Positions 1-8,608 of a DNA stretch of 64,000 bases are shown one piece after another; position 1 is the first letter of the stretch; every line of letters begins with the position of its first letter. A program made the translations under genes and the position numbers. This DNA comes from a virus, in IMG/VR virus record IMGVR_UViG_3300005529_000001, positions 144,882 to 208,881 of that record; one strand, written 5' to 3'. Below the pieces are notes generated by a model. It saw nothing but the letters and a program-made list of their open reading frames with translations, made no database searches and was not told where the DNA came from.

Positions 1-51
1 CAACTCTGATACAGGGAGCGTGTCAGACCATATTCATGATCTTAGAGGTGA

Positions 52-945
52 GTGATGAAGCGTCTTGCTTTGTGGGCCAGTGTTGTATTGCTGCCTGCTT
101 GTTGCGTCATGGCCAAGACGTCTACAACGAACCCGGCGAGCCACGATACGTTAGTCGAACAACTCGAACAGGAGACCCCAGCGATAGTCCGTTGGTACGA
201 CGAAGACAAGACTGACGATGACGATCATCCCATCCATTACGATGATCCCGAGAAGATTCCTGATGATGCCAAGACAACGTTGAGAGCCTTCTGCTCGGCG
301 GTGTGGCTGACAAACGATGTCATGTTGACCGCGGCACACTGTGTTGATGACATTGGCAAGCCCGCCAGCAGTGATGACGACGATGACATCACCGATCCGG
401 TTGGAAAGCTCCAACACTTGCTGGAGATGTTGCAACACGGGCAAAACCCAATGACCGAAACGGCTCGTTGGAGCCCAGTTGGTCAGACTGTCTATTACTC
501 TTCACATGGTGATGTCGATGTCAAACACAAGGCGTATCACTCAGGCAAGGTGAAAGCCGTTGACTGGAACAACGACATCGCTCTGATAAAGGCTGACAGC
601 CCAGGAAACCATCCCGTTGCTCGCCTCCGTGTGAGCGACGTCCATGACGGAGAAGAGCTTCACATTATCGGTCATCCCCTGGGCATGTGGTGGACATACG
701 TTCACGGGTATGTTGCAGCACAACGTCCAGAGTACCACGATGATCACGGGCACGTCTACCCCATCACCCAAGTGTCAGCCCCCGTTTACTTCGGGAACTC
801 TGGTGGCGGAGCGTTTGATGTTGATGGCAACCTCATCGGGATGGCAGACGCCATCACCAAGGCACCCGACACTGCGATCTTCATCCCGGTGACAACGATC
901 CGTGCCTTCATGGAGCACGAACAGGTCATCCCACCCAAGCGTTAG
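52..945 (+). CDS. Secreted trypsin-like (S1 chymotrypsin-family) serine protease
   Basis: N-terminal signal peptide (MMKRLALWASVVLLPACC). Catalytic triad motifs: LTAAHCV (His), DIALIK (Asp), GNSGGG (Ser). GTG start. Only plus-strand gene in the first 42 kb. Confidence 0.7.
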   Translation: MMKRLALWASVVLLPACCVMAKTSTTNPASHDTLVEQLEQETPAIVRWYDEDKTDDDDHPIHYDDPEKIPDDAKTTLRAFCSAVWLTNDVMLTAAHCVDDIGKPASSDDDDDITDPVGKLQHLLEMLQHGQNPMTETARWSPVGQTVYYSSHGDVDVKHKAYHSGKVKAVDWNNDIALIKADSPGNHPVARLRVSDVHDGEELHIIGHPLGMWWTYVHGYVAAQRPEYHDDHGHVYPITQVSAPVYFGNSGGGAFDVDGNLIGMADAITKAPDTAIFIPVTTIRAFMEHEQVIPPKR

Positions 946-1235
946 TGTCCCGGGGGCCCGTCCCAACACTTCAGCTGGCACGCTGTGAGACACTCGCTGT
1001 CGTCAGCAAGACATGCAACGTCACAGCTGTCGATACAGCACTCAAACCACGTCTTCTTCTTGATGAAGTCGTGCCAGCTCTCACCTGGAACGGGAGCGTT
1101 CAAGACCACGCAAGAATCTAACGTCATCTTGACAGCTTGCTTGCTAGGCTGAACAGAGGTCGTGAAGACCGCGCAACCAGCAACAAACACTGTCGTCACA
1201 AACCAGGGCTTCAAGCAACCCTCTGTCGGAACCAA
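942..1235 (-). CDS. Small Cys-rich putative lipoprotein
   Basis: Fills the otherwise unoccupied 945-1211 interval on the prevailing strand. N-terminal hydrophobic segment ends FVAGC (lipobox-like). 12 Cys in 97 aa. Confidence 0.3.
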   Translation of the reverse strand: MVPTEGCLKPWFVTTVFVAGCAVFTTSVQPSKQAVKMTLDSCVVLNAPVPGESWHDFIKKKTWFECCIDSCDVACLADDSECLTACQLKCWDGPPGH

Positions 1236-1642
1236 CGCCAGTAATCATTAAGGGCGTGGTCATTGGGACATTCATCACCGATGGTTCCCTGGCAGAAGAT
1301 CTCCCAAGACCTTGCACCGTACTCCCCGATGCCATGCAGCTCTCGAGCGTGAGACCACCCGCCGTCCACGAACTGGTGGGTCATCTTCATCATGTTGTCT
1401 GTCCGTCTCGTTGCAAAGCCCAGGCTTCGGCAGACGTCCGCAACTGCAAGCGGGTTAGCATCGAGGAACGCTTGCGGCGTGGGCCACAGTCTTCTGAATT
1501 CAGGCAGTACCTTCTCGACTTGTTTCCTGCTCGTCTGGTTCAGCATCATGCAAGAGATCAGGATCATCCACTCGTTGGGCCACAGGTCCTCCTGCAGCAA
1601 CCCGAACGGGCTCCTGGGCGGTGTCCACTTTGTGTTCATCAT
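1211..1642 (-). CDS. HhH-GPD superfamily DNA glycosylase-like protein (EndoIII/MagIII-like, lacks the C-terminal FeS region)
   Basis: ILISCMMLNQTSRKQVEKVLPEFRRLWPTPQAFLDANPLAVADV aligns with the EndoIII N-terminal helices. HhH motif LHGIGEYGARSW, then an Asp-containing loop PNDHALNDYW (cf. VDTHIFRV). The protein ends about 10 aa later. Overlaps 1500-2036. Confidence 0.45.
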   Translation of the reverse strand: MMNTKWTPPRSPFGLLQEDLWPNEWMILISCMMLNQTSRKQVEKVLPEFRRLWPTPQAFLDANPLAVADVCRSLGFATRRTDNMMKMTHQFVDGGWSHARELHGIGEYGARSWEIFCQGTIGDECPNDHALNDYWRWFRQRVA

Positions 1643-2036
1643 TGTTCCCTCGCATCATTGCGAGCAATTTTGCTTGCTCCGCAATGAGTTCAGCTTGCTC
1701 GGCTCTTGCATCTTTCAACGCAGTGATCGCCGTTTCTCGGAATGAAGTGTATGACTTATCAACGTAGTGTGAGCTGCTCGCGTTCGAACGTAACTGGCTT
1801 ATTTGGTTTTCAAGCTCTTTTCGTCGTTCTAACAACACCGTCAGAGCCTGCTGGGCTGGGTTGTCTTTGATCGGTGGCGTGTCAAGCTCTGCTTGCCTCA
1901 GGTCGTTCTCAGCTTGGTACCTCTCAACGCTAGCACGCGTTGAAACGGCATGCTTGCTGATGCTAGAGCCAACCAGCAACGCAATAACGATCACCAGGGT
2001 GACACAACCCACGATGATGAAAGGTAACGAAACCAT
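1500..2036 (-). CDS. N-terminally membrane-anchored coiled-coil protein
   Basis: One TM helix (LPFIIVGCVTLVIVIALLVG) followed by a long charged coiled-coil region. The 3' end overlaps the start of 1211-1642. Start ATG is preceded by GTGTTAGGGTGAcaac. Confidence 0.4.
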   Translation of the reverse strand: MVSLPFIIVGCVTLVIVIALLVGSSISKHAVSTRASVERYQAENDLRQAELDTPPIKDNPAQQALTVLLERRKELENQISQLRSNASSSHYVDKSYTSFRETAITALKDARAEQAELIAEQAKLLAMMRGNNDEHKVDTAQEPVRVAAGGPVAQRVDDPDLLHDAEPDEQETSREGTA

Positions 2037-2073
2037 GTTGTCACCCTAACACAAGAAACGGTGCTTTGACAAC

Positions 2074-3147
2074 TCAGACGTATTTGTAGCTTGCCAGCAA
2101 CTTTCCAGCAGCCTCAAAGTCTTCGGGAGTTTTGATTGGTTGGTAACGTGCCTGTCGGGGTACACAGACGTATTGCGTTGGAAACTCTTCGGTGTATTGC
2201 TGCAACAATCGTTCGTGTTGGACGACGAGTTTGTTACCCATCTGTTTTCTGGTGCGATGCCAACGCCATTCGATGTTTGATTTTAGGACGTCAACATCAA
2301 TGATCATTGTATTGGTATTGTGAAACTTTGCCTCATCAGCAAAACCAGCGGGTAACCGCCAGTCTTCAGCAACCTGCAAGCGGTTGTTGACATACGCTAA
2401 CACGCCACCTTTGTCACTTGGCAAGCGCTCGACAACCTCTACTGTTACGTTAACGCCCTGGCGCTTGTGGAAACCCAACAAGCCGCTATGTGGTGCAGCT
2501 AGCACGTTATCAACGTTACAGATGAAAGCGTACTTGACGTCGGGATACTCGTCAAGGACCCCGTTCTCAACCAGAGCAGGTCCCACATCACCGTGGCCCA
2601 ACGGATATAGATCGGGGGCACCGGGAGCGAACAGAGCAAGCCTGTTGTCCGGTGTCAACCTATAACCCTCAAACTGGGTGAAGATGCTTCCACGCGTCTT
2701 TGGTGACAACGCAAGCGTATGCATGTGACGAGCGACGCTGCTTTGCATGTCAGGCGAGGTCATGATCCAGATGGGCATGTCTCCACCCTGCATCAGTTTC
2801 CAAGCCAACAAGCTGGTTTCGACGCCCGGGATCTTGGCAAAGACCTTGGGACCACCCACCCGAGTCCCGGTCCCGCCCGCCAAAATGACAAAAGCGACCT
2901 CACCCCGACGAACCATCTCGTCTCCAACGAGTTCATCACCGTTGCTGATCTCATCAATTGAGTAAACGCTCTTTGGGTCTGGGTGATCGGGCAAGTACAT
3001 CGCGGGGTCTGCGTCCTGCCTAGTCGTCATCCGGACGAGCTCTTCGTCAGTCAACCCACCAGCTCGATGGACTCGAGCCTGGAATTCGGGCAACACCTGG
3101 GTCAGCTCTTCACGTAACGAACGTGCGAAGCCAGGTTCAGGTTTCAC
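2074..3147 (-). CDS. UDP-sugar pyrophosphorylase (UDPGP family; UAP1/UGPase-like nucleotidyltransferase)
   Basis: VAFVILAGGTGTRVGGPKVFAKIPG matches the LAGGQGTRLGxxxPKG signature of eukaryotic-type UDP-GlcNAc/UDP-glucose pyrophosphorylases. 357 aa. Confidence 0.55.
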   Translation of the reverse strand: MKPEPGFARSLREELTQVLPEFQARVHRAGGLTDEELVRMTTRQDADPAMYLPDHPDPKSVYSIDEISNGDELVGDEMVRRGEVAFVILAGGTGTRVGGPKVFAKIPGVETSLLAWKLMQGGDMPIWIMTSPDMQSSVARHMHTLALSPKTRGSIFTQFEGYRLTPDNRLALFAPGAPDLYPLGHGDVGPALVENGVLDEYPDVKYAFICNVDNVLAAPHSGLLGFHKRQGVNVTVEVVERLPSDKGGVLAYVNNRLQVAEDWRLPAGFADEAKFHNTNTMIIDVDVLKSNIEWRWHRTRKQMGNKLVVQHERLLQQYTEEFPTQYVCVPRQARYQPIKTPEDFEAAGKLLASYKYV

Positions 3148-3335
3148 TTGAACTCTTCGAACGCCTTGGTCAACATCGCATCAGATCGTTGGCAACGAGC
3201 TTGGGTTTCGTTGTCAACTGATCCCGATTTTCGATACTGAGCGTATGCCATCTTGAGGCATCGTTGTCGTTCAGCAACGGCAATACGAAGCTGCACATAC
3301 TCCCACGGGATGATGTTGTTCATTCGCACTTGCAT
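3144..3335 (-). CDS. Hypothetical small protein
   Basis: 63-aa ORF on the prevailing strand with a 4-nt overlap to the upstream gene's stop. No recognisable motif. Confidence 0.25.
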   Translation of the reverse strand: MQVRMNNIIPWEYVQLRIAVAERQRCLKMAYAQYRKSGSVDNETQARCQRSDAMLTKAFEEFK

Positions 3336-4045
3336 GAGCTTTGTGACCAGACCTTGACTACACTAAAACCGTTGATGACATCAGACCCAGCGCCACCGCA
3401 GATGTCTCCGACCTCGCCCCCGCCCTTGTCATCAAAGTACCCAGTGCTGACATCGGGGTCAGTGACGGTTTCATAGAGCTCGTGTGAAACGGTCGCGTTC
3501 AAGTTCGAGACGTTGTTGTTATAACCGATGATAGCAAATGAGTAGGGAACCGTTCCGTAGTTCGAAGTGTAATGGTAACCATTCCACTTGTTCGACTTCA
3601 TTTTCTGCGTGATTGCTCCCGGAGGGAGGAAAACGACGTATATGCTGCTGTTGTCAGGAACAGGAAGAAACCCATTCTGAAAGTCAGACTCCAATTGAGT
3701 GGTTATCTTGCCATCGTCGATCGGGTTCCCGGTCGGGAGCGGATCATTGAACTGTTTGTCATCCATGACTCCTTCCTGGATCCCGTATTCGGCCAGACGG
3801 TCGAAAACTTTGCTCGCATTCAACAACGTCAGCCATTCACCCATCTCGTTTTGAGATTCGTTGCTCGTTGACCAGTAATCGCCCAAGAACACAAACCTGA
3901 CGACAGGTTGTGGGATCAACCGCGGGGGTGATGCATGTGCAACAACGTCGTGTGCACAGCTAGTTGGTGTTGGGCTAAACGATTCAGTGGCACCGCTGCA
4001 CGCGATGAATGTCACAAAACCCAACGTGGTCAACCACTTCTTCAT
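3320..4045 (-). CDS. Putative secreted lipoprotein, unknown function
   Basis: An internal Met gives MKKWLTTLGFVTFIACSG (signal peptide plus lipobox-like FIAC). The first 12 codons of the longer ORF look like read-through. C-terminal Cys pair. Confidence 0.45.
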   Translation of the reverse strand: MKKWLTTLGFVTFIACSGATESFSPTPTSCAHDVVAHASPPRLIPQPVVRFVFLGDYWSTSNESQNEMGEWLTLLNASKVFDRLAEYGIQEGVMDDKQFNDPLPTGNPIDDGKITTQLESDFQNGFLPVPDNSSIYVVFLPPGAITQKMKSNKWNGYHYTSNYGTVPYSFAIIGYNNNVSNLNATVSHELYETVTDPDVSTGYFDDKGGGEVGDICGGAGSDVINGFSVVKVWSQSSCKCE

Positions 4046-4052
4046 GTTTGCC

Positions 4053-4256
4053 TCAGTTCGCGAAAGTTCGATGCTTGACAAAGACCATGCACTTATCGCT
4101 GCCTTTCGCAGCGATCTGTTCCAGGAACAATTCTAATTGGTTCTTGGTGAAGACCAAGACATAACCGTCCTTGACGGTGACGACAGCAACTCCTTCACGA
4201 TCGGCCATGTCTAAAATGTCACTCGGGCCCAGGTCGGACTTGACTGTCATGATCAA
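4053..4256 (-). CDS. Small protein with Phd/YefM-antitoxin-like sequence features
   Basis: 67 aa. VAVVTVKDGYVLVFTKNQLELFLEQIA resembles the Phd/YefM beta-strand/helix core. No obvious toxin partner is adjacent. Confidence 0.3.
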   Translation of the reverse strand: MIMTVKSDLGPSDILDMADREGVAVVTVKDGYVLVFTKNQLELFLEQIAAKGSDKCMVFVKHRTFAN

Positions 4257-4298
4257 AGTCTACAACCTGGGCCCGAGTTTGTTACTCAGGGTTGTTCA

Positions 4299-5366
4299 TC
4301 AGGAAGTGGGCCAGTTCTCTATCAACAACGCGATCACATCATCAAGTGACAGCAACGATCCCGTTACTGGCGCTGGATCGGGCTGAGGATCTGGACACGG
4401 ATCCGGTGGAACGGGTTGCGGGTCTGGCGGGGGAAGTGGAACCGGAATGGGAGCTGGTGCCGGAGGAGGCGCGGGCGGCGCCGGTGGAACTGGCGCGGGC
4501 GGCGGGACTGGAACGGGAGCCGGAGGGATCGGCGCTGGTGCTGGGACGGGCGCAGGAACCGGAGCGTTCCCGCCCATCACATTGAAATCATTGACCAGGT
4601 CGGTCCAAGCGACCCCGTTCGGTGCTGATGTCGCCCCCTTCGCAAGCTGGTCGCTCGTCAGCATCACGTAGAGCTCACCGCCACCTGCTGCGCTGCACAG
4701 GTGCGAAAGCGCTGCCCAAGTCAACGTTCCGATGAGACCCCAGCTGTCGATCTGGACACCCTGGGCGTTGTAACCGACGCCCATGACACAGTGGCCGTTG
4801 TTTGGATCGGGCGTGCCATCGTCCCAAACGAAACCGTTGGCTGACGGGAAAGGGTTGATCCAAGCGTCGGGCAACGCCATGCCGATGTAAAGGTTCTCAA
4901 ACAGGTACATCGCCTGCATGACCTCTGTCTTGTTGGAGGCATCGACCGCCAAGTAAGCGATGAGTTTCGTCCCATCAGCAAACTGGTTCTTGATCCACCA
5001 GTCCATCGCCGTCGGCAGGTCGGTACCATTGTCAGTCGACGGATCACCCTTGACATAGCCAGCGATCGCGCTATAGTCTGACACGATCTGGTCGTTGGTT
5101 GCAACGAAGCCGTCACCCGCGTTGCCCGTCTCGGTGCCGACAACGTGGTATCCACCAGCGATGACGCAGTCACCCAGCGTGTCATTCATAAAGACCTGTG
5201 TCAGCGACACAGCCTTGGCACTGTAATCGACAGTTGCAGGCGGCGCTGGCAGCGTCTTCAGGTAGTCTGCCAGCTTCAGGTGCTTGAGTGACGGATCAGA
5301 AGGCTTGCGGCCTCCCAGCTTGATGATGTGGCCCAGGTGTGGGGCTGTGACTTCCTTCAAGGACAT
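4299..5366 (-). CDS. Papain-like (C1-like) cysteine peptidase with long Pro-rich C-terminal linker
   Basis: GDCVIAGGY (Cys), NGHCVMGVGYN (cf. HAVAAVGYG His), IDSWG (cf. NSWG) in papain order. The C-terminus is about 70 aa of PAPVPAP-type repeats. Start has CATACTTAC at -27 and a GGAGG SD. Confidence 0.5.
   Translation of the reverse strand: MSLKEVTAPHLGHIIKLGGRKPSDPSLKHLKLADYLKTLPAPPATVDYSAKAVSLTQVFMNDTLGDCVIAGGYHVVGTETGNAGDGFVATNDQIVSDYSAIAGYVKGDPSTDNGTDLPTAMDWWIKNQFADGTKLIAYLAVDASNKTEVMQAMYLFENLYIGMALPDAWINPFPSANGFVWDDGTPDPNNGHCVMGVGYNAQGVQIDSWGLIGTLTWAALSHLCSAAGGGELYVMLTSDQLAKGATSAPNGVAWTDLVNDFNVMGGNAPVPAPVPAPAPIPPAPVPVPPPAPVPPAPPAPPPAPAPIPVPLPPPDPQPVPPDPCPDPQPDPAPVTGSLLSLDDVIALLIENWPTS
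4370..4570 (-). repeat. GC-rich imperfect coding repeat encoding (P-A/V-P)n linker
   Basis: Direct reading shows reiterated ggcgcgggcggcg / ggaacgggagccgg-type units inside the papain-like peptidase gene. Confidence 0.4.
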
Positions 5367-5381
5367 TTACGACCTCCGGCC

Positions 5382-5390
5382 GTAAGTATG
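5382..5390 (-). promoter_or_regulatory. CATACTTAC promoter-like motif upstream of 4299-5366
   Basis: Minus-sense CATACTTACggccGGAGGtcgtaaATG. Confidence 0.35.
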
Positions 5391-5411
5391 TCCCTCAAGA
5401 AAACGCGGGTG

Positions 5412-5975
5412 TTACTTTTCAGGCAATCCTAGTTTGGCCCACAGCTGTTTGTTGTAGTTACCAAAAGGCCCCGCGAACAGGACAGAGGGTTTGACCCACT
5501 TGATGACGCCCGTCTCGGGCGTGTTGATCTCACCTTCTACTTCACACGCAAAAGTGTACGTGATGTAACCGTCATCTTCCTGGTGGGTGAAGACGTGGGA
5601 GAGCTTGGTCGCGGTCAGGCCCGTCTCTTCGTAGAGCTCACGGGCCGCAGCTTGTTCGGGAGTCTCACCGGGATCGACTTTACCACCCGGTAAACCAAAC
5701 GCTGATGGGTCGTCCTTGCGGCTGACGGCCAAAGCATGACCATCGTCTGTCAGGATCAGACAACACGCCGCCAGCTTCTTGCCTTGCATCTCCTGGTTCT
5801 CCTCGTTAGCTTCGTCATCAAGAATGTTGCTGCTAGCACCAGGCCTGATGCCCGCATCGCCCGTCGAGTTTCCTGTTGGGAACAACGGGCCTGCAACGCC
5901 GTCCTTGCCATACTCCTTGTTGCCGAAGCCCGTCAGGACTTCAACAATGTATTCACGGAGCAATCGTTTGCTCAT
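5412..5975 (-). CDS. NUDIX hydrolase
   Basis: Nudix box GLPGGKVDPGETPEQAAARELYEETGL. N-terminus MSKRLLREYIVEVLTG resembles the targeting-peptide family. Confidence 0.7.
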   Translation of the reverse strand: MSKRLLREYIVEVLTGFGNKEYGKDGVAGPLFPTGNSTGDAGIRPGASSNILDDEANEENQEMQGKKLAACCLILTDDGHALAVSRKDDPSAFGLPGGKVDPGETPEQAAARELYEETGLTATKLSHVFTHQEDDGYITYTFACEVEGEINTPETGVIKWVKPSVLFAGPFGNYNKQLWAKLGLPEK

Positions 5976-6184
5976 TGGTATCGCTCCGGGTTGAACGGGC
6001 TCATTCCATGCTTACCACCGGGCGTTGGACACGAAGTGGTACTGGTGCAAATGGGCGTTTCTGTTGTGGAATGCCCGTCGTCAGAAACAACCCTGTGTTG
6101 CTGGCACTGTGAGCACAGGTTGCTGATGACAACGAGGCCAAACATGAACGCAAGCAGGAACAGGATGCCCTTGTTTACTTTCAT
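5972..6184 (-). CDS. Small secreted Cys-rich protein
   Basis: Signal-like N-terminus (MKVNKGILFLLAFMFGLVVIS) and 7 Cys. 4-nt overlap with the NUDIX gene start. Confidence 0.3.
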   Translation of the reverse strand: MKVNKGILFLLAFMFGLVVISNLCSQCQQHRVVSDDGHSTTETPICTSTTSCPTPGGKHGMSPFNPERYQ

Positions 6185-6501
6185 CAGTCTTCACCCTCAC
6201 TCAACCTCGTGTCGAGCAAGTTGTACATCGTCTGTCTCGCGGCGTGTTTGTCGCCCCGGAAACGGCTGACAAGCATGGGCCACTTCCGAGCCACATAACG
6301 GTGGACGCGCAGCTTGTGATGGTGAGACCGTTCACCCATTTCTTCTAGCCACTCATCAGCGATGTGATGTGCTTCCTTGTCGGAAGGTTCGTCAGGAGAG
6401 TCTTGAAAGCCAGTCCCGTGTAGGACAGACATCATCCTGGGATCGATGCGTAGCTCCGCCAACGTGGCGTGAATGAACTGGCGCAGCAAGCTTGACATCA
6501 C
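6184..6501 (-). CDS. Hypothetical protein
   Basis: 105-aa ORF tiling the prevailing strand. N-terminus MMSSLLRQFIHATLAEL is targeting-peptide-like. Confidence 0.35.
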   Translation of the reverse strand: MMSSLLRQFIHATLAELRIDPRMMSVLHGTGFQDSPDEPSDKEAHHIADEWLEEMGERSHHHKLRVHRYVARKWPMLVSRFRGDKHAARQTMYNLLDTRLSEGED

Positions 6502-7754
6502 GTCCTCGGTTTCAACAACATCTTAACCAACCAGGTGATGGCATCGATGAAGCTCTGGAAGCCCGACTTGGCTGGCCCATGGACGGGGACAGGAGTGACT
6601 GGCGCGGGCAGAGGGGTGGGCATTGGCCCGGGTTGCACGGGCGGTGGAGGGGGCGGCGTGGGGGCCGGCTGGTCCTGCACGAGGACGGGGATGCCGAGCT
6701 TGTCTGGGTCCCACCACTCTTGCATGGGCCTGCCAAGGGACGTCAGGACGTTCCCGGTACCCTCCGTGATCGCGTTGTTGGCGCGGCCACCTCCGCCATG
6801 GTCAGCGATGCCGTTTGCATCGACATCGCTGAGACACCACTCAACGTGGTCGTTATTGGTTCCCGGCGTGTTGTAACGCATCAGAGCGCCACGCTTTGGC
6901 ATTGTCTTTCCATCAAACTTGACAAGAGCGCCCGTGTTGATGCCGATCTGTCGGACCCATGACACCGCCATGCCCGACACGTACTTCTTGTTCAGGATCG
7001 GGTCACGGACACCCGCCTCAGCCATGATGCCCAAAGCGGACGTTGCACAGTTGGTGGAGACGGTGACGACCGCGTTTGGGTCATCGACGCCACGTGCCAC
7101 AAGCTTGCCCAGCTCATCACGCCGCGTGCTGAGGTTGCAACCGACGTGCGACTTCACCAGCCTGACGATCCGGTCAGCTGGGCTCTCGTTCGCGAGCAAC
7201 GGTTGCTGGTTGACGGGAACGTTGCTGCTCGAGGGATCAGGATGGGTTGGTGGCGCTGGTGGAGGGGGAGGATCGATGGGAGCTGGGTGAACCAACGGCT
7301 GGCCATCGGGGGTCAAGAACAGCTGACGTTCGCGGACTCGCCGGTTGTAGAGGCCCTTGTCTTGAGTCAGCTTGCCGTTGATGACAGCGTGGCACCAGAG
7401 GAGCATCGCGTCAGCTGCGCCCGCAACATCGCCAGCATTTAGCTTGGTTCGCATCGACGAACCGGCCAACGAACCTGTGCCGCAGTTGAAGGTGAACGAC
7501 ACCAGGGCATCAAACATGTTCTGGGTCAAGCCGGAGTACGTGATGTCCTTGTTGACAGCACCTTCCGCAGTGCTCACGTCACCGGCTAGGATCTGCAACG
7601 CTTGGTCATGGGTGATGCCGTTTGGGAACGACTCACCAGGCCGCACAACGTGCCCGATCCCGATCGTTGGGATCCCAGCAATGTCCTTGTAAACGTGATC
7701 GACTTCCCCTTCTTCGCGTGCGATGAAGTTAAGTCCATTCTGGGACGTTTTCAT
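6498..7754 (-). CDS. Multidomain endolysin: N-terminal GH24 (T4-lysozyme-like) muramidase, Pro-rich linkers, Cys/His-containing C-terminal domain
   Basis: GLNFIAREEGEVDHVYKDIAGIPTIGIGH resembles the T4 lysozyme [21 protein letters not shown] catalytic region. PPPPPAPP linkers. Middle domain has conserved Cys (TNCATSA) and His (DHVEWC). C-terminal amphipathic helix. Confidence 0.65.
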   Translation of the reverse strand: MKTSQNGLNFIAREEGEVDHVYKDIAGIPTIGIGHVVRPGESFPNGITHDQALQILAGDVSTAEGAVNKDITYSGLTQNMFDALVSFTFNCGTGSLAGSSMRTKLNAGDVAGAADAMLLWCHAVINGKLTQDKGLYNRRVRERQLFLTPDGQPLVHPAPIDPPPPPAPPTHPDPSSSNVPVNQQPLLANESPADRIVRLVKSHVGCNLSTRRDELGKLVARGVDDPNAVVTVSTNCATSALGIMAEAGVRDPILNKKYVSGMAVSWVRQIGINTGALVKFDGKTMPKRGALMRYNTPGTNNDHVEWCLSDVDANGIADHGGGGRANNAITEGTGNVLTSLGRPMQEWWDPDKLGIPVLVQDQPAPTPPPPPPVQPGPMPTPLPAPVTPVPVHGPAKSGFQSFIDAITWLVKMLLKPRT

Positions 7755-7769
7755 GTCCCTAAATAGGCG
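7755..7769 (-). promoter_or_regulatory. CCTATTTAGGGAC start-proximal motif upstream of the endolysin gene
   Basis: Minus-sense cgCCTATTTAGGGACATG. Confidence 0.3.
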
Positions 7770-7777
7770 TGGGACGG

Positions 7778-8080
7778 TCAGGCAGCTACGGGCTTTTTCT
7801 CGCCCTTCGGTGCTGCAGACTTGAGCTTCGCGACGCTTGCTCGGATGAGAGCGGTGACCTGGTTATGCAGGTCTGACATCTCCCTCTCGACGTCCTGGGG
7901 CGGGAACTGTGCTTTCAGCTTCTCGCCCACCGTGTTGACGAGCTGGGCGACCTGTTGCTTGACGCTGCCCTCAGCACCGCTGCCCGGTTCACCGCCTTTT
8001 GCAGCGGGATCCCTGGGGGCGTCCATGGCTTCTTTGACGAGCTTCTTGATGAGTGCGTTGGTAACAGGGGTGCGGGCCAT
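7778..8080 (-). CDS. Hypothetical protein
   Basis: 100 aa. N-terminus MARTPVTNALIKKLVKEAMD matches the LxxL[IV]xEA targeting-like motif. Confidence 0.4.
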   Translation of the reverse strand: MARTPVTNALIKKLVKEAMDAPRDPAAKGGEPGSGAEGSVKQQVAQLVNTVGEKLKAQFPPQDVEREMSDLHNQVTALIRASVAKLKSAAPKGEKKPVAA

Positions 8081-8088
8081 GCCAGTAA

Positions 8089-8604
8089 CTAGGCTTTCAC
8101 CCGTGCGACTGCTTCATCAAACCAACGGCTGACAGTCTTGGGAAAGGGCCACATGTAACCGTAAGCGCTCGAGACGAACTGCTTCAAGTACCAAGCTCGA
8201 CGCTTGTCATCATTGTAATCGATCCCGTAATCTGCAAAAGCTTGGAGAGACTCTGCATACGCTTGCTGTTCCAGCTTGGCTCGGCAATAGGACAGGCCCA
8301 CCGGGAAAAGGATGAGCAAGTAAAGAAGGGCATACACGGGGTACGTCAACGTGCGTGATTGCCGCATGTGAACGCGCTCGTGACGCAGGATCGAGCACCT
8401 ATCGTCATCGCCGAACGTCTCCCAGCCATCAGGCACGTACACCGTGTGATAGATCGTCGTCACGTAGCTAGTCATGAATTGCTGGCCCAGGACGAGTCCA
8501 ACCAGCTTCATGAACCAGCTATCGTTCTTTTTAGCGATGTTGAAAGAGGGGAACTCTGTTTTTATCTCGGCGCACAGACCTTGATAATCAGGTGTGATTG
8601 TCAT
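8089..8604 (-). CDS. Hypothetical protein
   Basis: 171-aa ORF on the prevailing strand with tight spacing to neighbours. Confidence 0.4.
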   Translation of the reverse strand: MTITPDYQGLCAEIKTEFPSFNIAKKNDSWFMKLVGLVLGQQFMTSYVTTIYHTVYVPDGWETFGDDDRCSILRHERVHMRQSRTLTYPVYALLYLLILFPVGLSYCRAKLEQQAYAESLQAFADYGIDYNDDKRRAWYLKQFVSSAYGYMWPFPKTVSRWFDEAVARVKA

Positions 8605-8608
8605 GCTG

